Assembly (NCBI GenBank): GCA_037441385.1
Contig: JBBISH010000001.1
Coordinates: forward strand, 113,546 to 177,545
Source of the DNA: Myxococcales bacterium
GTDB lineage: Bacteria > Myxococcota_A > UBA9042
Direction: 5' to 3'
Length of the DNA: 64,000 bases
In this document: in pieces, positions 58,758 to 64,000 of the stretch
Position numbering within the stretch: position 1 is the first letter of the stretch
Layout: each line of letters opens with the position of its first letter
The notes under the pieces: model-generated
Seen by the model: only the letters and a program-made list of their open reading frames with translations
What the model was told of the DNA's origin: nothing
The model's database searches: none
Made by a program: the position numbers and the translations under genes

Positions 58758-61487
58758 CTAGCGGTGTGCCACTGGGGCTGGCTTGGCAGCTGCGCGGCCA
58801 GCCACCGGGACGGCCGCGGGCTTGCCCGCCGCCGCAGGGTGCCGGGCTGGAGCGACCGGCGCAACCGGTTTGCCCGAAACTCCCTTGTTTGGCAAAGGCT
58901 TTGCGGCGCTCGGACGCACCGGAGCGGCAGGCGCCGCGGGCTTGCCGGCCACCGGCCGAACGCCGGCCTTGGGCAGCGGCGCCTTCACCACGCCCGGCTT
59001 GCCCGGCGCTGGCTTCGCTGCACCCGGCTTGGCGGCCACCGCGGGACGTGCAGCAACGGCCGGAGGCTTGCCGGCGACCTGACCCGGCTTGCCTGCAGCC
59101 TGAAGTGGCTTCGCGGGAGCCTGGACCGGCTTGCCCGCGGCCTGAATCGGCTTTGCGGCACCCTGAATCGGCTTGCCTGCGGCCTGAACCGCCTTGCCCG
59201 CAACCTGAATCGGTTTCGCGGGAGCCTGAATCGGCTTTGCGGCACCCTGAATCGGCTTGCCTGCGGCCTGAATCGGCTTGGCTGCAACCTGAACCGGCTT
59301 GCCCGAAGCCTGAAGGGGCTTCGCGGCGGGCTGGACGGGCTTGGCGGCCACCACGGGCTTGGCCACCACCGGCGCAGCGACCGGCTTGGCCGCGACCACG
59401 GGCACCGCGGGGCGTGCGGCGGGGATAGCCGCTGCAGGGGCGGCCGGCGCGACTTTGACCGCGGGCGCCACGGCGACTGGAGCAGCGGCAGCCGCGGGGA
59501 GCTTGGCCGCGCCCGCAAGCGCCGGCTTGGCGGCTTTGGCGGCCTTGGGCTGGGCGGGCCGGTCGGGATCTGGAGCGTCCGCGGCGATGACGCGATCGAT
59601 CGGCCGCGCGTCCCAAAGATCGCGCTCCACGCCGCGCTCGACCAGCTTGCGCATGCGCCGCTCGGCGGCGGCCTTGAGCTCGACCTCGTCGACCAACGCG
59701 ACCGTGGGGGTGGCGGCAGCCGACGGCGGTACCGCAGGAGCAGCGCGCGGCGCCTCGAACACGGGCGGTAACGCGCGACCAACAGGCGCACTCCCGTCGC
59801 CACGGGCCACAGCGCCGGGCTCGGACTCGCGGTCCGCCGGCTCCACCACCGTGCCGGGCTCGCTGCCATCGAACAGCGCCGCAACGGACCGCTCGTCAAC
59901 CGTCGGCAGATCTGGAGTCCAACCCACCACTTCCAGCAGCACGGCGAACAAGATGAAGGCGCCACACAGCCACGCCACGGCGGTGGCCATGGCCATCCCG
60001 CGCCGCTGGTCGACCTCGCCGCGCGACACCTTGACCTTGGTCGAAGTCCGCACCGCCGCGGGCTTGGCCTCGGGCTCGCCCGCGAGCGTAGGCTCCTGAC
60101 TTTCGCTGCCAAACTTGTGGGGCAACAGCGGCGCTGCTTCGGGCGCTGGCGTGATCGCCGGCAATTCGCGCGAGGGCGCGACTTGGTACGACTTGCCCAC
60201 CGCCTTTTCGGCCGGCAGCATTTCAACTGCGCGCTGACGCTGCCGGGGCGTGATCGCGCTCATGGGCTGCGACGCCCTGACATCGGGCACTTGGCGCACG
60301 TCCGTCACCGGACGGAGCTCAGGCTCGGGCGCGTCCCACACCACCGGCTTGTTCAACAGGCGCGCGGCGCGCTCTTCGGCGGCCAACTCGTTTTGCGGGC
60401 GGCCCGTGACCATCGACACTCGCGAGTCCGACGCCGGGCCATGGGTGCCTGGATGCGTGCCCGTTGTGACCGCGCCGGCGAGACGGCCCAGGTTGGCGGC
60501 TTCGTCGCCGACGAACAGGGCGCGCTGGGCCTGGCGCTGCACCGTGCGCGAGGCCTCGGGCAGTTCGAGCAAGCGCAACAGCGCCTCTGGCCGATACAGG
60601 GTCCGCGCCGCCCGACCCAGTTGCTCCATGGCAGCCAACATCGCATCAGCACTCTGGAACCGATCTTCGGGATTGCGAGCCATGGCCTTGCATAGCCACG
60701 CGCGCACGTCCTCGGGCTGCTGGCGGAACTTGGCGTTGAACTCGACGTCGCCCTCGATGACCCGGCGGTGGGCCAACTCGGTGCTGCTGGGGCCAAAGGC
60801 CGCTTGGCCCGTGAGCATTTCAAACGCCACAGCGCCCAGCGAATACAGGTCGGCGCGGGCGTCCACCCGCTCGCCCAGCGCCTGCTCGGGCGCCATGTAG
60901 TGCATCTTGCCCTTGATGGTGCCCGTGCGAGTGCGGTCGCTACGGTGACTGCCGCGGGCGATACCAAAATCGGTCAGCTTGACCAGCGGATGCCTGGAAA
61001 TCAGCAGGTTCTGCGGACTGATGTCGCGGTGAACCACCCCAGCGCTCTTGCCGTTCTTGGCCTTGAACGCGTGGACGTAGCTCAGCGCCGTCAGCGCCTG
61101 CCGCAGAATTTCAAAGGCGATGCCCGCGGCCATGACCTGCTTGTGCAGCCGCAGCGCCTGGATCAGCTGCGCCAGGTCGCGCCCTTCCACGAACTCCATG
61201 AGCAAAAAGTGCGAGCCCTGCCACTCGCCCACCTCGAACACGCGGACGACGTTGGCGTGATCGAATAGCGCCGCGATCCGGCCCTCGTCACGGAACATGC
61301 GAACAAAATCATCGTCTTCTGCAAGGTGATCGTGGAGCACCTTGACCGCCAGCCGCCGGCCGTGCAGCGGGTCGCCCGGACGAGCCTCGGCCAGGTACAC
61401 CGTGGCCATACCGCCTGCGGCGATCTTGGCGGTGAGCAGAAAGCGACTGAACTCAAGCGGTTGGTCGAGCTTGCCGGTGATGATCAC
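58758..61487 (-). CDS. Membrane Ser/Thr protein kinase with long Ala/Pro/Lys-rich C-terminal tail
   Basis: GGMATVY, AVK, HRDISPQN, DFG, YMAPEQ; TM segment AVAWLCGAFILFAVLL. Confidence 0.93.
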   Translation of the reverse strand: MIITGKLDQPLEFSRFLLTAKIAAGGMATVYLAEARPGDPLHGRRLAVKVLHDHLAEDDDFVRMFRDEGRIAALFDHANVVRVFEVGEWQGSHFLLMEFVEGRDLAQLIQALRLHKQVMAAGIAFEILRQALTALSYVHAFKAKNGKSAGVVHRDISPQNLLISRHPLVKLTDFGIARGSHRSDRTRTGTIKGKMHYMAPEQALGERVDARADLYSLGAVAFEMLTGQAAFGPSSTELAHRRVIEGDVEFNAKFRQQPEDVRAWLCKAMARNPEDRFQSADAMLAAMEQLGRAARTLYRPEALLRLLELPEASRTVQRQAQRALFVGDEAANLGRLAGAVTTGTHPGTHGPASDSRVSMVTGRPQNELAAEERAARLLNKPVVWDAPEPELRPVTDVRQVPDVRASQPMSAITPRQRQRAVEMLPAEKAVGKSYQVAPSRELPAITPAPEAAPLLPHKFGSESQEPTLAGEPEAKPAAVRTSTKVKVSRGEVDQRRGMAMATAVAWLCGAFILFAVLLEVVGWTPDLPTVDERSVAALFDGSEPGTVVEPADRESEPGAVARGDGSAPVGRALPPVFEAPRAAPAVPPSAAATPTVALVDEVELKAAAERRMRKLVERGVERDLWDARPIDRVIAADAPDPDRPAQPKAAKAAKPALAGAAKLPAAAAAPVAVAPAVKVAPAAPAAAIPAARPAVPVVAAKPVAAPVVAKPVVAAKPVQPAAKPLQASGKPVQVAAKPIQAAGKPIQGAAKPIQAPAKPIQVAGKAVQAAGKPIQGAAKPIQAAGKPVQAPAKPLQAAGKPGQVAGKPPAVAARPAVAAKPGAAKPAPGKPGVVKAPLPKAGVRPVAGKPAAPAAPVRPSAAKPLPNKGVSGKPVAPVAPARHPAAAGKPAAVPVAGRAAAKPAPVAHR
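59052..59345 (-). repeat. 14 x 21-bp coding repeat, (A/G)KP(I/V/L)Qxx heptads
   Basis: Seen directly in both DNA and protein. Confidence 0.9.
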
Positions 61488-61605
61488 GGCGCCTCCGCGT
61501 CGGCCTGCAAGGGGCCGAACACATACGGAGTTGACCGTAACTCAAAGTGCCAATCTGTCCAGTTTTTCGCCGGGCTGCGGCTCGTGCACGGGCGGCCGGC
61601 AGAGC

Positions 61606-63012
61606 CTACTTGGCCGGTGTGCCAAACGCTGGATCCACCGCCGCGATCCACCGCCCGCCGGTCCCCACCGTGGCCTCGATCGCGTCGAGCTCCTTGATGC
61701 AATCGGCAGTGAGTACCTCGGGTTTGCCGGTGGTGATCAGGATGTCGTCCTCGATGCGGACGCCGATGCCACGGTAGCGCTCGGGCGCTTCGGCGTCGTC
61801 GGCGGCGATGTACAGCCCAGGTTCCACGGTCAGAACCATGCCCGGGGCCAATTGACGACTGCAATTCCCGGTCGGCAATTGGTCGTGGTAGCGGCCGCAG
61901 TCGTGCACATCCATGCCCAGCCAGTGACTGGTGCGGTGCATGTAAAAGCGCTTGTATTTCTCGTCTTGTATCAGCTGATCCACGTCGCCCTGGAGCAGGC
62001 CCAGCTCGACCAACCCTTCGGTCAGCACGCGGACAGCCCGATCGTGCACCTCGATGAAGCGATGCTCAGGAGTGCACAGCGCGATCGCCTCCAACTCGGC
62101 GCGCAAAACGATCTGATACACGGCGCGCTGCTCGGGCGAAAACTTGCCCGATGCCGGAAAAGTCCTTGTGATATCGGCCGTTTGGTAGGCTACCTCGCCG
62201 CCGGCATCGATCAGCACCAGATCGCTTGGACCTACGGTTTGGTCGTTCTCGGTGTAGTGGAGGATGGTGGCGTTGTCGCCGCGGGCGACGATGGTGCCGT
62301 AGCCGACCCGCGCCGCGCCGCCCGCGCGAAACACGAACTCGACCACCGCCTGCAATTGCCTTTCGTTCATACCGGGTTGGCACACACGCATCGCCTCGTT
62401 GTGCGCCTCGGCCGCCACCGCTCCGGCGCGACGCAGGGCCGCGATTTCGGCAGGGCCCTTGAGCAAGCGCAGCTCGCCCATCACCGCGGCCAAGTCCGCA
62501 AAGAAGTCAGGGCCATCCAGGTGCAGACGCGGCATGGCGCGGTGCCGCCGCGTCACACGAATCAGGCGCTGATCCAGCTGCGGATCGCGACCCACGTGCC
62601 AGCACAGCTGCTTGGCCCCTTCGACCAGTTTCGGCAGTTGCTCATCAAAGTCCTTGAGATCGAAGGCTTGGTCCACGCCCAAGCGCTGCACCGCTCCCTC
62701 GACACCCACGCGGCGGCCATGCCAAACCTCTTGCGCCGGATCGCGCGGGCGCACGAATACCACCGCCTCGCCGTCGGCGCGGCCAGGGGCCAGGACCAGA
62801 ATGCTCTCGGGCTCGTCGAATCCTGTCAGGTACCAAAAGTCGCTGTTCTGACGCCACTCGTGGTCCACATCGCCATTGCGCAACGTGTGGCCCGCCGCCG
62901 CCACCACAACCACCGAACCAGGGCCATAGGCGTCCATGACGGTACGCCGCCGGTCGGCAAACACGGTGCGATCGTGAACGACTTGATGGAAGGCAAATGG
63001 GTCGTGGCTCAT
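61606..63012 (-). CDS. pepP: Xaa-Pro aminopeptidase
   Basis: RQNSDFWYLTG, LHY, DAG, DITRT, HWLGMDVHD, TVEPG, RIEDD. Confidence 0.95.
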   Translation of the reverse strand: MSHDPFAFHQVVHDRTVFADRRRTVMDAYGPGSVVVVAAAGHTLRNGDVDHEWRQNSDFWYLTGFDEPESILVLAPGRADGEAVVFVRPRDPAQEVWHGRRVGVEGAVQRLGVDQAFDLKDFDEQLPKLVEGAKQLCWHVGRDPQLDQRLIRVTRRHRAMPRLHLDGPDFFADLAAVMGELRLLKGPAEIAALRRAGAVAAEAHNEAMRVCQPGMNERQLQAVVEFVFRAGGAARVGYGTIVARGDNATILHYTENDQTVGPSDLVLIDAGGEVAYQTADITRTFPASGKFSPEQRAVYQIVLRAELEAIALCTPEHRFIEVHDRAVRVLTEGLVELGLLQGDVDQLIQDEKYKRFYMHRTSHWLGMDVHDCGRYHDQLPTGNCSRQLAPGMVLTVEPGLYIAADDAEAPERYRGIGVRIEDDILITTGKPEVLTADCIKELDAIEATVGTGGRWIAAVDPAFGTPAK

Positions 63013-63294
63013 GGGCGATCTCTGCGGGTCAAGCGCCCGCCGGAGAGGCAACCTAGCGGCAAGTTGGCCAAAGCTCAAGCGGCCGCGCCAGACGCTTGGC
63101 AGGCGATGGCTTTGTGTTCGCTGGTCACCCAGCCCGTTGCCGTCTGGGGCCGGGCAGCGACAGCGGCGACGTTCGCGCGGCGCACTGCGATTTCGCGCAG
63201 ATGGCGGCGGTTGACTTGCCTTGCCCCAACCCCGAAACTTGATCGGTTGGCGACCGTCAGCGGGCTTGCGCGCGGTCTGCCCCGGAGGATGCTG

Positions 63295-64000
63295 ATGGCC
63301 AGGACTGGAGTGGCGAGCGCGATGCAGTGCACCCACCAAAAGTGCACCCACCAAAAGTGCACCCACCAAAAGTGTACGCACAGAAATTGCATGGGCAGAA
63401 AGGTCCAAAGCGCAAAGGCAACGCGCTGGTTTTGGGCGCGCGCCGTGCCCGTGGCGCTGGCCGCCATGCTGGCCTCCGTGCTGGCCGCCTGTGGTGCGAC
63501 CAACTTCGAGCGCGCTTCTGGAGCACGCAAGTACCATGCCCTGCCCTTTGGCTCGCCCGTCAAGATCGTCGAGTCGACGGAATCGCTCGCGCAACCGACC
63601 GAGGTGCTTGGCGTTCTGCGCACGACCACCCGCGGCGATCCCGCCAACCGCGGCGAGGCCGAGCGGACCTTCAAGGACCACGCCGCGCGCTATGGCTGCG
63701 ATGCGGTCAGCGACGTGCAATCGGTTCGCAAAGAGATCGTGGTCAAGCGGACCAACCGCGTGCTGACCGGCGACGGCCAGCCCAAGAACGTGGAAGAGAC
63801 CACCACGGTTGCCGAACACATGTGGTCTGCGCAGTGCGTGCGAACGGCCGACGCCCCGGCCGAGAAGGCGACCGCCGTAGCCAAGGCCGAACCAGCCGCC
63901 GAGCCGGCCCCCGAGCCCGAGAAGAAGCCCACCAAGAAGAAGCCTGAACCCAAAGGCAAGGCCAAGCCCAAGCCCGAACCCGAGGTCGTGGCCAAGACCG
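63295..64000 (+). CDS. Lipoprotein, truncated at window end; YbjQ-like domain then Pro/Lys/Glu linker
   Basis: Open frame absent from the ORF track because it has no stop; GGAGG RBS before ATG 63295; lipobox LAAC; AARYGCDAV motif; alternative starts 63322 and 63391. Confidence 0.75.
   Translation, partial: MARTGVASAMQCTHQKCTHQKCTHQKCTHRNCMGRKVQSAKATRWFWARAVPVALAAMLASVLAACGATNFERASGARKYHALPFGSPVKIVESTESLAQPTEVLGVLRTTTRGDPANRGEAERTFKDHAARYGCDAVSDVQSVRKEIVVKRTNRVLTGDGQPKNVEETTTVAEHMWSAQCVRTADAPAEKATAVAKAEPAAEPAPEPEKKPTKKKPEPKGKAKPKPEPEVVAKT
63326..63385. repeat. 15-bp tandem repeat AGTGCACCCACCAAA x3 plus one degenerate copy
   Basis: Seen directly. Confidence 0.95.

Noticed and set aside
58699..59616. 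Extended 435-aa version of apaG in the ORF track
   Set aside because: The upstream part is an alternate frame of the kinase repeat tail; ApaG homology starts at ATG 58698
63013..63819. N-terminal extension of pepP to 737 aa
   Set aside because: Overlaps the plus-strand lipoprotein; PepP homology starts at about 63012

Overview
GC-rich bacterial chromosomal segment with about 50 genes. The Cys-rich DDGNPCT-repeat lipoproteins, Ser/Thr kinase, caspase, calpain and fused ccoNO suggest Myxococcota/Deltaproteobacteria (inference). It carries housekeeping genes (cyoE, groES-groEL, metG, mog, nfuA, hemN, apaG, pepP), a complete cbb3-type oxidase locus (fused ccoNO, ccoQ, ccoP, ccoG, ccoH, DsbD-like gene, ccoI, ccoS) with an Fnr-family regulator and FNR-like boxes, a deacetylase-GT4-GT32 operon, three phosphoesterases and many secreted or lipoprotein genes. 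I found no tRNA, rRNA, CRISPR array, integrase or transposase. The most notable observation is that CcoN reads GPHNLHY instead of the canonical GPHHLHY, so one CuB histidine ligand is Asn in an otherwise intact oxidase; this may be a real variant or a single-base error. Other observations: a three-copy ~128-bp hairpin-containing intergenic repeat, a candidate rod-shaped ncRNA, a cNMP-domain/uridine kinase fusion, a secreted caspase with recurring TRG motifs, and TAG-dominated stop codon usage.
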